This document shows, piece after piece, positions 1-12,800 of a DNA stretch of 64,000 nt. The position numbers and the translations under genes are program-made. Origin of the DNA: Catajapyx aquilonaris (lineage: Eukaryota). Numbering within the stretch: position 1 is the first letter of the stretch; each line of letters starts with the position of its first letter. The notes beneath the pieces were generated by a model. The model was not told where the DNA came from, ran no database searches, and worked only from the letters and a program-made list of their open reading frames with translations. The DNA lies in contig JYFJ02001741.1 of NCBI GenBank assembly GCA_000934665.2, positions 1 through 64,000 of the forward strand, given 5' to 3'.

Positions 1-94
1 CGTTTCCGGACACGGGTTCCTATGTCAAAAATTCTTGTCTTGGTCTCCTCTATTATCCCTGAAAGTCTTTGCAGAGTTACAATAAACACCCTGT
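1..94. mobile_element. End of a Tc1/mariner-type MITE (…AACACCCTG-TA terminus)
   Basis: Ends in aaacaccctg followed by TA repeats. The same CAGGGTG terminus bounds the element at 42014-42214. Confidence 0.45.
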
Positions 95-297
95 ATATAT
101 ATATAGATAAATAAAATCATTACTGGCTTAAAGCTAATATTTTGAAGCCGTTACCACCACACAGCTAAAAATTAAGTATGCCCGATTTTCAAATTTTTAC
201 ATTGCTAGTATTCTATTGCAAATTTGGACAGAATATCAGCTACTTTCCCCAATAAACATATCTTACACTTCTTCATTAAAAATGTAATAAAGCAAAC

Positions 298-2849
298 CTC
301 AATGGCCCCAAGGTCTCCTACTAACTGCTTCTGGTATCCATCAACCTGGCAGGCGAGGGAGTTGAGAAGGTAGATGCCTATCCGCTGTACAAATTCCTCT
401 TGGTCCATCTCGGACACTATGTGGAGGAGGATCTTCACCAGCCTCTCATAGTCAAAGAGCTAAAAGAAAACAAAATCAGTCTTTAGAATCCTTCTCGCAA
501 AAACATTTTTGCCAATCCCTCGTGGTATGACCTGACTGCTACATTAACACTTTTAAATTAAGCACGTACGCATCACTGAAAAGTAAGGCAACTACATGAA
601 CAAAATGAACAAAAGTAACTGTCATTGACAGAATAAGGTGTTATTGCAGACAATAAGATGAATGCGATCCACTACTCCATGAACATCTCATCTGGTCCAA
701 GTCATGGTGCAATAAATTTTTGAGAAGTGCCTGCCCTGCGATCAAAAAGTACCAAAACCAATCTTCCAATATAAGTAAATAATTAAAAATTATTCAAATA
801 ATTAATAATTAAAAATAAATTACTCAAACCAGTGTTTTGATCCCTGTTCCCGTCATCATCTGATTCAGCAGCAAACACACAGAAATTTTTTGATAAGTAC
901 CGATTGTAAGAAACAAAATCAAGGAACATTTTTCTAGTAGTTGCTTGTCATCAGCATACTCATATTTCCCCAAACATTTTAATTCATCACCTTACCGATA
1001 CTTAATTTTGCATGGATTTTTACCACACATTGGCCTCTGTCCAACACATGTTGTATAGAAAGTATGTCAAACTTTCCCAGGCACAATGGTTTATAACAAT
1101 TGCATACCACCTCAAACAATAGCCCAATACTTTGCACACTGAAATGCTGGATTCACAAGGATAGTGATCATTAACTTACGACATCATGTGGTATCTTGAA
1201 GTGACAAAGGGTGAGGCAACCATTCCTCATCATGGTGGTGTCATCCCTGTGAGCATTCATTCCGTTGAGAAGAGTAGTTATAACCTTCTGCTTCACCTTC
1301 ACATGCAGGTTCTGCTTCTCTTCTCCTTTCACTATGTAAAACAATGATGCACTACCAGAGATTTGTATGTGCTTCTCCCCCAGATGAAGTCCCATTGCTT
1401 GTAAGATGATGTCTAGAGCGAGTCGGGAGTCGTGGCAGGTCTCATACCGAAAGATGTGAAAGAGGTCATTCAAAACCTTCTGCAGCACCTCAGGTCGCTC
1501 AAGGTAGGCCTGTGCCGCTGTAAGGATCTGCTCCTCGTTGGCATCGCCAGAGATTCTCTTGGCTGGTATGTGGTGACGGTGGGATGCATCGTGAAAAGTT
1601 CCGTACAGGCCAAGGAATTCGAGAGGGCTGGAAACCCTGGCACTTAATCCACAAATGTCTGTCTGAGGAGCGTGTGGTTCCTCCTCAGGTATACCGTTTG
1701 AATCACATTTCCTCTGCCAGATATCCACTTCAGCCACTCCCCTGCCCGCCAGGTTGGTCCCCGAGATGTCTAGCGAGGACAGCTTTGGTAGACCATCCAC
1801 CAGCCTTGCCAGTGTCTGGTTTGGAGACTTGTACATTCCATGCTTCTCTTGTACCTGTGAACAAAATAGCTCAGTTACAAACAAAGTCGTTTAGTGGGCT
1901 GGGATAACCCATCACAACATGTCACATGGTCAAACCAACGTTCAACCAACTTAAACAAGACCTTACGTACTTTATACTTGACATGAGCACAAATGATTCT
2001 CACCTGCGATACATCAAGATGCCTGAGCTCCTTCAGCTGACAAAGGGCATCAATGGCATCCTGTATTCTGGGTACTCCAAATAGAACTAGGAACCTCAAG
2101 TTGGGTAGCTCGGTCAGGTAGTGCATGTTACCCAGGCCTGAGCAACCAGACAGGTCGAGGTGCGAGAGACTCTTGAGAGGTGACAGCAATGTTGCAAAAT
2201 ATTCCCCGGTTCCACCTGCCACAAGAGCATCTCGAACTACAAGTCGGCGCAAGTTTGCCGCTCTGAGGACAACTCCTTGGTGTTGGTATGGGGGAGGAAT
2301 CCACTCCATTTCATCTACGACTTCCTCGTCATCCTCAATCTCCACTTCAACCTCTTCTATCTCTACTTCTTCCACCGGTGTTCCCACAGCCACTTCCTTA
2401 GGCATTGTGTCCGGCAAGATTGCAACCCCAGAACCAATGGTAAATGAGAGCAAAGTCTCACTTCGTTCATTAATATCTGTGAGGCATCTCTGTGTCAGGT
2501 TTGGACAATGGTGCAATGACAACTCAACTAGTCTGTGCCTTAACAGAACTCTTAAGCCATCATCTGTCACGCTGCTGTTCCTCAGGGTCACCCGCTTCAA
2601 TCTGGTCGTCACAGGGTCTTTAAAAACACGCAGAAATCCATCTGCAACACAGAAATCCAGTTCTTGGTAGGATTGGAGGAGCTTCTCACATATCTCGCTT
2701 GGGAGAGCAACCCCTTCCTTCAGGCGATGCTCCTGGGAGAAAGGGTCCACACAACAAAAAGTCTCCAAATGACGGACACAGTGGCGAGCACAGATGTCCA
2801 AAAGAGAGTCGGGGCCGCGGTCATCCCACGCTGATTTTATTGGGATCAT
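298..2849 (-). CDS. ZER1: Protein zer-1 homolog (CUL2-ElonginBC substrate receptor, LRR + ARM), 3'-partial; exons 2849-2004, 1854-1180, 459-298, continuing beyond the window start
   Basis: N-terminal BC/VHL-box-like PDSLLDICARHCVRHL, LRR repeats (LSHLDLSGC, LRHLDVSQ, LSSLDISGTNLAG), ARM region (HIQISGSASLFYIVK, MMRNGCLTLC, VQRIGIYLLNSLACQVDG). All three exons are bounded by GT-AG and join in phase 0. An acceptor at 2877 implies an upstream non-coding exon. Confidence 0.93.
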
Positions 2850-5410
2850 TTTTGGGCTTCTGAATTGCAGTCAAAGCTGGGGAAAAAAGGAACGTTGCAG
2901 ATAAAAACCATTTCTAACAAGCAAATAAATTGCAAATTACATTAACGATTCAGAAAATATGCAGCCGTGCTACCATCAGCGAGCAAAATAACAATTTCCC
3001 AAAAAGGTTCATTGCTTACACACACTGCAAAACTGTTATGTTCTGTGCTTACTCTCAACCAAATTGTCGTACTGGTTTTTTTGTGCACTCAAGGTGGTTA
3101 GGTACTGTCCAAGCTCTGTTACATCCCATGCCAGTAAAGACTACCTTGCTACCCTTGCAAACTGTTACGACACGCAGCACTTGAAATTTTATTTTAAGCT
3201 TCTCAAGGGACCATGGCTATTGCAATATGACGGGCCAGAAGAAAAAGATTGCGTTAAAAAAAGATAATTTTCATACATTGTCTGGAATATATCAAGAAGA
3301 AGACTCCCCTTCAAAAACATTACGAAAACAGTAGCAGCCTAAAAATATACAGCCTACTTCATTCCCATTATCAATGAAGTACTTCACAGATATGATTTTA
3401 AAAACTGATACCACAAGCTCACATCATGCGATTCAAGTAATCACCGAGACGTATCATAAACAAAGTAAAGAACACAATCCCACAGACTATCAGGGAAGTG
3501 GGGTGCACAGAAATCTAGTAGTGTTTACGACTTGATGGTACACAGTAAAAAACATGCAAAAATAAGCGATGCTTCTTTTCACTGATTTTTTCAGATAGTA
3601 CAAAAAACACTGAAATGCAAATAAATAATGCCTCACAATAGTCATTAGTGCCATCATTACAAAGTAACTGTATGATTGCTGTTGTTGTCTTCATTTACTG
3701 CACAACTGTTTTTAATCATGTACACTGTGGTCATTAGCATTTTCAGATAGCAGAGGTTCAAAGAGTAACTAGCACGACATCAGAAGTGTCTGCATTGAAT
3801 AAACCCCAAATAACATATGCACGAAGCAAGTCCACATAACAGGGAGAAACGCAACAAAAACATTACAATGATAAAATGAATGCAATCCCAGGCCAGCATT
3901 TGGCACTCCATTCCATATGCAAATAGAATACTCTCTTCTCCTTTGAACAGAATCTTTCTACACATCTGTTTTAGCCGCATGAAAATGTAATGATATACCG
4001 TAAAAGATTAGGGTCGATGTCATTATCAGGTTGACAAGGAAAAGAATCCTTCAGTATGTAAATTCCTTTGTCGCAAATAATAATCAGTGGAGCTATTCAC
4101 AAAGGACACTTGCACGATTTCAGTGGCATTCATCCTGTCCCTCCATCTCTCATTCACTTTTATCCACTTCCGACGACTTTCTCAAAGTCACGAATCTTTC
4201 CAGCAAAAATGAAACTACGTCAGACAGTATTATTTAATCAAGCCATTCTAATTAAATGCTCCGAAATATTTGTCTGCCACTGTTCCTTCCTACTCTACAC
4301 TTAACAGGCATTGCATGAATTCCAACTTCACAGAATAAGTCCATTGTGTGCAAACTTGAACAAGCTTACACAGGTTGAAGAATGGGTACAAGAATAATCT
4401 TGTATGGAATTTTAATGCAAGCCACTAAATGTAACTTGAGGAAGAATGCAAGAAAGACATTTTCCTTGTGCTATAAATAGTCAACTTGACTCCCTGCAAG
4501 TGGAAGCAATGAGCCAGTTCATCCCTTGATATTGAACACACGCAGTGTTACATTTTTGGTGTCATTTCTCCCGTGCAGAGTCTGCATCTGCATGTGATAT
4601 CGCTGCACCACCTGCCAGGCCAAGGTGCAGCTGCAGAACATATCACATTTCCTTCCAAGACAGTTGGGAAGGCAAAATGGCACAGAAGTAACATTCATGT
4701 GCACAGACAGACAGATTTATAAAGTAAACTTGAAGTCCATGTTGGTATTTGATGCTAATACTATCAATTGTTACAATTATTATCCAGGGCGCAGTTCAAA
4801 TGTAGTCAGACTTGCCTCTAATTTACTATGGATCTGATTCCAAAGGCATTATGCAAATTGCTCAGTTCTGCCTATGATTTGCAGTCAGCTATACAGTCAT
4901 TTCATGGTCACATTTTTTATGACAGCTCCACTAAACAACTGGCTCTTTCTTATTCTTGCTTCACAAGTGCTCCCAACTTTGAACTTTTTGCACTGCACTA
5001 AAATTACCCATTCTCAATACACAGCCTCCTTCAAGTTCAACCCCATAATCCAGAGCTAATATTCAAGGCTGCCTTATGCATCATCTCTGCTGCTGAGATG
5101 TGGACCACGGTTTATGGCAATAATAATGGCAAGAATGCTCATGTTGCAGGTGATCTGATAATACAAACTTGATAACAAAGGATTGTTTGTAACAACCATG
5201 CCTGACCGATGTGTAACCGATTACTGCAAAAATGTTTGCAATTCTGTTGCATTACTGTGCATATAGACCGTGGGATACTACAGTGTCCCATGGACTTCAC
5301 CCAGACTTCAGGAAATCCAGTCGGACTTGATGAAGTTTTTGTCCGGACTTCATTGGACTTCAGTCTAGGTCAGTCCCCCGCAATTCCCTCTCTTTTCCAG
5401 TGCGCTTAGC

Positions 5411-5605
5411 AAGCCCCCTATCCCTGGATGTGGACCCATGTACCAAATCGCATTCGGGTGGCTGGTGCTGCGGATCCGCAAACTGAATGGCATTTGACGC
5501 TTTAGGTAGGTTCAGTGCGGTTCAGAAGTCGTCTGCCTGAATACGATTTGGTACGGGGCTCCACATCCAGGTGTGCGGGACTCCACATCCTGGAATAGGG
5601 GGACT
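5411..5605. mobile_element. Degenerate MITE/foldback in the ZER1 5' region
   Basis: ccccctatccctggatgtggacccatgtaccaaatcgcattc is inverted against gaatacgatttggtacggggctccacatccagg and ccacatcctggaataggggg. Confidence 0.55.
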
Positions 5606-5695
5606 ACCTGAGCGCACGGCCTTCCCCCATACGGCTAGATAGGGAGTTTGGGGAGGGGGGGGGGGCTGGTCCAGTTGTATGGAGGACTTCCTAAA

Positions 5696-5850
5696 GGGGT
5701 GTTCAGACCTTGGTTGCATACACAGAGAGAATAGGAACCTGGTTGCAGCCCCCGGTTGCAGAAAAGTTGCAGCATTTTTTGGGTTGCTGCAACTTCCTAT
5801 TCTCTCCGTGTATTTCAGGCTGCAACCAAGTTGCCTCGTCAGAACGCCCC
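5696..5850. mobile_element. Small MITE, possibly PIF/Harbinger-type
   Basis: TIR-like ggggtgttcagac / gtcagaacgcccc, with internal inverted cttggttgca / tgcaaccaag. Confidence 0.45.
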
Positions 5851-6329
5851 ATAAGTGACTAACCCCACAACGTGGACATGTAAGCATAAGTTACCTAAAC
5901 AGCAGCTTGGCTCTCAGCCACCAGGCAGAACAATTATGATTAGATACTGTACATCCTGGCATTCACACATTCCCCTTAACATATGAAGAGTAGGACAACT
6001 GCCAGAGCTGCAGATGGGCCAAGCCATTTGCACAACCGCAGCTGGACCTAGATCACGCTCTGGGTCGACCAACACTTGAAGACCAGCGAGTGCGTCAAGA
6101 TCATGACATTGCCGCACTCTACTTGTCGGAGCGGCCCAATGTTGCCAACCGAACTGGCCCCTGTTGGCAACACAGAGTGGGCCAGGGCCAGTTCCGTCTG
6201 GTGCCCAATAACATGGCATCCGACTGGTTCCGTCCTCCTTCTACCTTATGATGTTGCTGCTACACTTCATGCAAACCCTCCCCCAGCAATCACCTGCTGG
6301 AACCTCTCCTGCCCCTAGCTGGCTGCGGA

Positions 6330-6864
6330 TGCCCTGCGGGAGAGACGAGGCCCTGAGCAACGCCCCCCGTGTCCCGTGGGCCGCCTCGGGTGGCTGTCCC
6401 GTGACGTGTCGGGTCCGTCAGCTGCGGAAGGGACGTGGGGCTGATCTCTACGGGCCAGACCAGCTGTGCAGGCCTGCCATCTTCTCCTCCCGATCAGAAA
6501 GCGAGAGCAGCAGAGCAGCAGCAGCAGCCGTCCATTCACGATTACGGCTGCTCAACAAGGGGTGGGAGGGGAGAGGGAGGGAGGAATGCGACCGCGCATG
6601 CGCATCACGGGGAGCTCTCTCTCCCCCCACCACTTCCCCTCCCCCCTCCTCCCACCACCAGCCAGCTGCAGTTCCCCACCGAGAAACAGCGGTCGCAACG
6701 GGCCCCACTGACGTCACGCACTGTCCAGCACGCAGGGGCAGGAACGCCCCCAATTCGCCATTACGTCCATCGAACAGCGGATTGCACGTCGTTCAGGTAA
6801 CATACGCATTGCTGTGCCTACAAGGGGTTCAATGACTAATTGTGGCGGCATTGCAGGTTGAGTC
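6330..6864. promoter_or_regulatory. CpG-rich putative bidirectional promoter between ZER1 and STEEP1
   Basis: GC/CpG-rich island with an NRF1/EWG palindrome GCGCATGCGC (6594-6603), a CRE TGACGTCA (6709-6716) and a YY1-like AAGATGGC on the minus strand (6476-6483). The genes diverge on either side. Confidence 0.6.
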
Positions 6865-8888
6865 ATGCCTAAGGTGGTGTCGCGCAGTATTGTGTGCTCG
6901 GACACTAAGGACCAGGAGGAGTACAGCGAGGACAAGCCGCTGCATCTCTACTACTGCTTATGTGGGCAGATGACCCTCATTATTGGTATGGTGCACCGCT
7001 TCAAGGTGGCTACTCACATTAATGACTTATGCGATGCCGCTTTTTACAGATTGCGCAGTGGAGAAGCTGCCTCTTCGTAAGCGGGATGGAGCTCGCGTGA
7101 TTGATGGGACGAAGCATGCCCACAAGATCACTTCGGAGGTGGATGAGACGGTGCACATCAAGCGGCCGGAGGGGATTGAGAAGCAGTTCCGCCAGAAGTG
7201 CAAGCGGTGCGGCCTCCTGCTGTATTACCGCCACCACCCGACCTCCAACGTCCACTTCATTGTGCGGGGTGCAGTGCGAAGCTCTGGGGAAGGACCAATG
7301 TCAGACATCTACAACCAGGTAATGTGCACGGTTCTATAGAAAGACCACCCTAAAGTGGGTTTTGCACAGTTGGTCCGACTCCGACTGAATTCGACCATCG
7401 AACCTTCTGTGTAAATAGCATTCCAAGTCGGATCCAGGGAGGCCAGCTCAAGTCACCTAGGTAGATCGGAGATGGGAGAGTGGGCGGGGCAAGACATCGG
7501 AATGACTGTCTGAATGGGCAGTCGGAGGAGCGCGGCTCTCTGATTGCCTCGTGGGGTCTTTTAGTCAAACTCGACCCCCCCCACACCACCACCTGCAGAG
7601 TAAACAAACCTCCACAGTAAACAAACCTCCACAGTAAACAAACTTTGCCCCCACCCTCCACCCCCATCCACAAGAATGTGTCCCCCCGTCGGAGATTGAA
7701 CAGCAGACCTCCGTCTGAAGAGGGTGTCCGATGCCTCCAAGTCGGATCAACTGTGTAGAGCCCACTTAACTTGCCACTGACAGTGAGGTCAGCATTTTCG
7801 TAACCAACTCCTAGCCAATGGAAATCTGCCAAACGCACCTCTGGAACCTCACACTTTTCAAGTATCCATCACATCGTGGTTTCCATGGAAATTGCCATTC
7901 ATGCAGTAATGGGAGTAAACATTGTTCTTCTTTGTTGACACTAGGCGTATTCGGCAATTCAGAAATCTGACTTCCTGGGCAGTTTGGATGTTCGGCAAAT
8001 CAGGTGCCACGCCCCCTGAAGTAAGTGCGCATGCGCCCTACCTGACTTCCCGAGCTCAGGAACTTAGTGTACTCCTGACCTGACTTACTTGCTGAGAAAC
8101 AATTAACAAACAAATTATTGTTATGGATGCAGCAGTGTTGCCAATGCAAAATGCCCCAAAACCCCGCGAGAGGACCTGAAAATACCGATTTTACCCGCAT
8201 TTTTCAATTTTACCCATTTTACCATGACCCGCAAGCGTCCGAAATACGGCACCGAAATACCCGAACATTGGCATATCACTGGGATGCAGCACAGGCGGGT
8301 AGGGGGGTCTCTCAGTTCGGCCGTTCGGCAATAATCTTCTGAGGGGCAGGGCTGACAACTCAGATATCACGTGACGCATCTCAGAATAATCTGAATTGCC
8401 GAATGCGCCTACTGTTTACTCTGACTATTGTTGTGTGAGGGCATCTCATCATGGTAACTTGGAAAGTGTGAGGTTCCAGGGGGTGCGTTTGGCAGATTTC
8501 CCTTGACTAGGGAGTCGGTTTAAAAATTAGGACCTCATTGGCAGATCACGGTGGCCTGCCTATATCAGTGTGAGTAAGTCCATCTGTAAAAGTGCAATAT
8601 AATGAATTTGTACTGCAGGTGGCAACGGAGCAGCCTAAACGCATCCTGGTGACGAAGCACACAAAGAACATGGGCAAGTTCAGCTCCGTGACAGTGTCCA
8701 CCATTGATGAGGAAGAGGACGAGATTGAGGCCAGGGAGGTGGCCGATTCGTACGCCAACAATGCTCGCATCATTGAGAAACAGCTGGAGCGCAAGGGAAT
8801 GAACAAGAGGAAGTTGGTCGAACAGCAGGCACAGGCGGAGATGGAGGCCAAGAGAGGACGAGTCAGGGGGACTCTCATCGACAAGTAG
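6865..8888 (+). CDS. STEEP1: STING ER exit protein / UPF0428 CXorf56 homolog, 219 aa; exons 6865-6985, 7050-7318, 8619-8888
   Basis: Recognisable sequence [20 protein letters not shown]...LYYCLCGQM...[15 protein letters not shown]...[15 protein letters not shown]...[35 protein letters not shown]...RGTLID. GT-AG junctions preserve frame (660 nt in total). Confidence 0.95.
7351..7769. mobile_element. MITE in STEEP1 intron 2
   Basis: TIRs taaagtgggttttgcacagttggtccgact vs agtcggatcaactgtgtagagcccacttaa. Internal 17-bp tandem (agtaaacaaacctccac) x~2.7 at 7599-7643. Confidence 0.6.
7772..8543. mobile_element. Nested inverted-repeat elements in STEEP1 intron 2
   Basis: Outer arms 7802-7868 / 8451-8520 (ggaaatctgccaaacgcacc.ctggaacctcacacttt.caag). 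Inner TIRs cactaggcgtattcggcaattcag (7939) / ctgaattgccgaatgcgcctactg (8391-8414). Confidence 0.65.
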
Positions 8889-9876
8889 TGTTGTAGAGTG
8901 CATGTGATCATCTGGAACGCTGCAGATAGACGTGACGATCTGCAACATTACTCATCAATCACAACTAAATGGACATTGTATTCCCAAACAAAAGTGACAT
9001 TAAAGTTTCTTTATTGAAATTCCATCCACATTTTGTCAACAAAAATAAGCGAGGTATACGTACGGCAAAAAAAAACAAATTAAATGCACCATAACGCAAC
9101 TTCATGTAAAGCACAATGTATTATCACAAAAATCAGGTAATGAAGCAGAGAAAATCAGCGCAAAACTGAGTGCTCAACAACAAGACTAGCGGTTTTTTTT
9201 CTCAACGAAAGAAAAAAGACATACAACAAATGGCACCCAGGAAACACCCTAACACAATTTTACATCTCCCCTTCCCACCCACACCCCCCCAATCCCTTCC
9301 TGGCAATACAAAAATTAGCACCTCAAGATACCTGTGACGATTCCAAATTACTTTCATATTGAACGCTACTGTCCCACACAGTGACTTGGTCAATAAAACA
9401 TCTACAATGGCACGAGAAACGAAACTTGTCACACGATAATGGCTCAGGGAATGTTACGCCCAAATAAATACACAAAATTATGCTAACTGACTACACTAGT
9501 ACCAAGCGTGATCGAGAGACATGTAAATTACTGGCCATCAGTACGGAAATTTCCTACTTCAGGAACCGCTTGTAAATTAGTGCCTCGGAGGCATGTTTTT
9601 TGGTACTTGTCTGGCTGCTTCCATGCCTATTGGTCCATTTTTGTTGGACGAGGATTGAGCCCACATTGCTCGATGTGGTTGACGCTGAGTAGGAAAGCAA
9701 TTTATATGCATTCGGGTATAATGAAGCCTCATCTAGGGAACATACTAAATTCAATCCTCCCAAATCTGGACCAATGCAGCAGGAGCCAGCTAGGCTAAAG
9801 GGGGTTTCCGAGAAAAAATACTGTTAATTGGCGCCTGTACCTTCCTGGTAGGCTACAAAGGCTGAGATTTTTACGC

Positions 9877-12800
9877 TTACTGCATCTCCTCCTCATTTTC
9901 TGGCTTTTTGATAACTGTTGGTTCGTCCTTCAGGAACGTTCCAGATCTGGATGATTCCGCCAGGAACTTGACTTCCGGTTTGTTGTCGGTCCTCTCTGCT
10001 GGTTGGTGGCTGCTCATGGTTCCGGCCCTGGATCGTGGTGTTGCCCTGGGGCTGCCTGGACCGCCCCGTCCCTGGGCCATGTCCCGGTATGACCTTGTTG
10101 TTTTGGGAGCCACGATTGCCACTGGCTTGCTTCCGCCAGTTGGAGCACGGCGAGCAGGCGATGAGAATTTCCTGTCACCAGCAGCTGAGTTGGTCACCTT
10201 GGGTGAGAGTGGACGTTGGAACTTCTCCACAACCTGCAAGTTCACGCAAGCTCACAGTCTTGCCTTCCGTGATTGCAGTGCAATAAATTTCAGTGGCAAT
10301 GGCTTGAGGAGCCCCGTACGTGCTTACATGAGTGGTGTTACATTGATCTTCCAACACATGCTTACCTGCATCCTGGCTGGCCGATTGGATGCTTGCGTGG
10401 CCTGACTCGAACCAAGGACCCTTGCTTTCTCGGTGGCTGCTTTCACTGGTGTCCTTCCTTTGGCTGCAGCGGAGTCATTGCTGGCCCCTCTCGAGTGACC
10501 AAGGCTTGCTGTTCGTGGCCTCACCCCTGCTGGTGACCCTGATGATGTGCCGGATACATCTCTGGCGCTTGCTGCTTTCCATCTGGGTGGTGCCGCTTTA
10601 GCCTTTGATGGTGTAGCCTGCGGGCTCCTTGGCGTTGGCTGCTTGTTGGTGGGTATCCTTGACGTTGCAGTTAGTGGTGACCTTGCCTTGACTTGTCCTT
10701 TGGGTTTGGCAGCATCCTTCACACCCGGTGACTGAGTGGTGCCCACTGATGGTTTCCGGCGCCTCAGTGGGCTGCTCTTCTCCGGTGCCACTGGTGAGTC
10801 AGTCTTTTGCACGCGTCTTGGACTGAAGAGGCGGTCAGAACTACCTGTGCTGCCAGTTCTCTGATGAGTGAACAGCCGGGTTGGTGCTGCTTTTGCTGGG
10901 ACACTGGTGGGCCTGTCAGCAATATTAGATCTTATTGGTACTGGTGATGACTTATTCTGTGCACGGAGGACAGCAGCTGCTCGTTTGACAAGAGGTGATG
11001 CACACACGTCGGTAGGCTGGTCCTCGAGTGGATCAGTCATGTGTGTTCGGCGAGTTGCTATTGCTGTTGTGTGGCGCCGGGTAGGACGAGGGGTAGTGCA
11101 AAACAGCGACTGAGGAGCAGCTCCACTGGATGCACCGCTGCTGTAGCCACTGCTGCCAACAGGCTTCTAGTAAGCAAGAGTAGAGAAGTCAACTATTATG
11201 ACAGCGCACAACACAGTCACATCTAAAGATGCGGCAACCTAAGCTCAAATCATGACTCAGGTGTGTGTGGGTCTGTCAGATAAACTACTTTTTGAGTCAC
11301 AATAGCTACCCCTCTGTGGCAAACTAAACAGTTCAAACCATCTGTAAAAGCACTAAACATGCTGTGCACAAAATCAGGCAAACTACTGTGGAGGAAGGTG
11401 GCATGAGTACGGGACAGGGTACCTACTCTGTTCAGGGAGGCAAGCCTGGTTTGTTGTTGCACAGGTTGCTGTTTATCCGACTTGAGCATGAGGAAGACAG
11501 TCTCAGTCAGCTTTCGCTGCATCCCTTCCTCCAGAGACTCCCAACTCTGACACTGAACTACCCGGTTGGCGTTTTTCACCAGGTGGCACTCAAGGTGCTC
11601 GCCTATCTTTCGCAGGAAGTCTACGAAATTCTGCAAAGATACGGTAAGAATCTAAGAGTTGCACTCTGGGTTGTGTGTCTAGTAGCGTGAGAACAAAAAA
11701 CAGTAACAAAGCTGAGAGAAGAGACAGAGTATGCAGCGAAAGTGGCAGGACTCCTTACCGGACTCAGGTCTGAGCTGGCGTCACTCTCCATGTTGCGCAA
11801 GAGTCGATACAATGCTACGTGGCTCTGGCACGCCTCGTTGGGTGACATGCATCCCACGGCGGTCAAGATGGTGTCCTCCAGCTGGCTGATGTTCCAACTC
11901 AGACCTCGACCCAAAGCCAAGAACCTGACGAATTTAACACCAGTTAATCACATCTCATTAATGGTGCACTACAATTACAAAGAATCTTACTAATTCCCCT
12001 ACGCCAGAGCTACATGACTTAACGCAGTTAACGCACTTTCACTTCAGGCAAAATTACAACACACTGCATGTGCTTTTGCAGTGAATATTCATGTGACTGA
12101 TTATTTTCTGCGGAAAATGTCAAATTAAATGATGGAACAGTTAAAAGCGTATGCGAGCATCCCAAGATTTATAGGCTCCAGAGACAACTGAAACTTGACT
12201 GCTAACATTTTCTATTCCCTTTCAACAAGATGTTCTAGTATTACTCGTAGGACTTCATTTTCCATGCTTAATGAACCAAAATTAATTTTCACACACAAAA
12301 ACAATGCAATTACTTTTCACTTGTAAGCAGGGTGCTGAAGTTCTTTGCCATGAACTTGATGGAGGCTTCCAACAGTCTTGTGGTGATACCAAAGACAGGC
12401 TCAGCCCATCGCACACTTGGTAAGGTGGCCAACAGCTTGTCGCAGCTCAGGACAGTGTCCATCACATTGTCTGCACTCTGAAAAATCACAGAGAAAAGGT
12501 AAGCAGGGCATGTAACATCCGCATAAAAACAGAATAAGTAATTTAAATTACGGTATATACTAGTCTGGGCTACGAACCAGGTGAAGGACGTTCTGTTGGT
12601 AGCACTTCTCGATAAGCTCACATGGGAGAGATGCAAAAGCCTTTGTGGGCCAGATGCGCGTGAAGTATTTGGTCACCCATCGCAGGCTCTTGCGGTAGAT
12701 TTCATCCAAGCCGTAAGCAGCAGCCAGTGGGAGGCACTCAAGAACACCCACTACACACACAGAGCATGGCTGCCAACAAAGAAAATTAATGTGCACATAT

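Noticed and set aside
855..955. Possible intronic C/D snoRNA (TGATGA...CTGA on the minus strand)
   Set aside because: There is no proper terminal stem or recognisable rRNA-antisense element.
2125..2670. 181-aa plus-strand ORF
   Set aside because: It is an antisense shadow of the ZER1 exon.
6248..6835. Several overlapping ORFs up to 195 aa
   Set aside because: They are expected by chance in a GC-rich promoter island and contain no recognisable domain.
9870..9882. GTAAGC overlapping the BTB stop codon as a possible further donor
   Set aside because: No downstream in-frame exon was evident before the poly(A) signal, so the stop was kept. It cannot be fully excluded.
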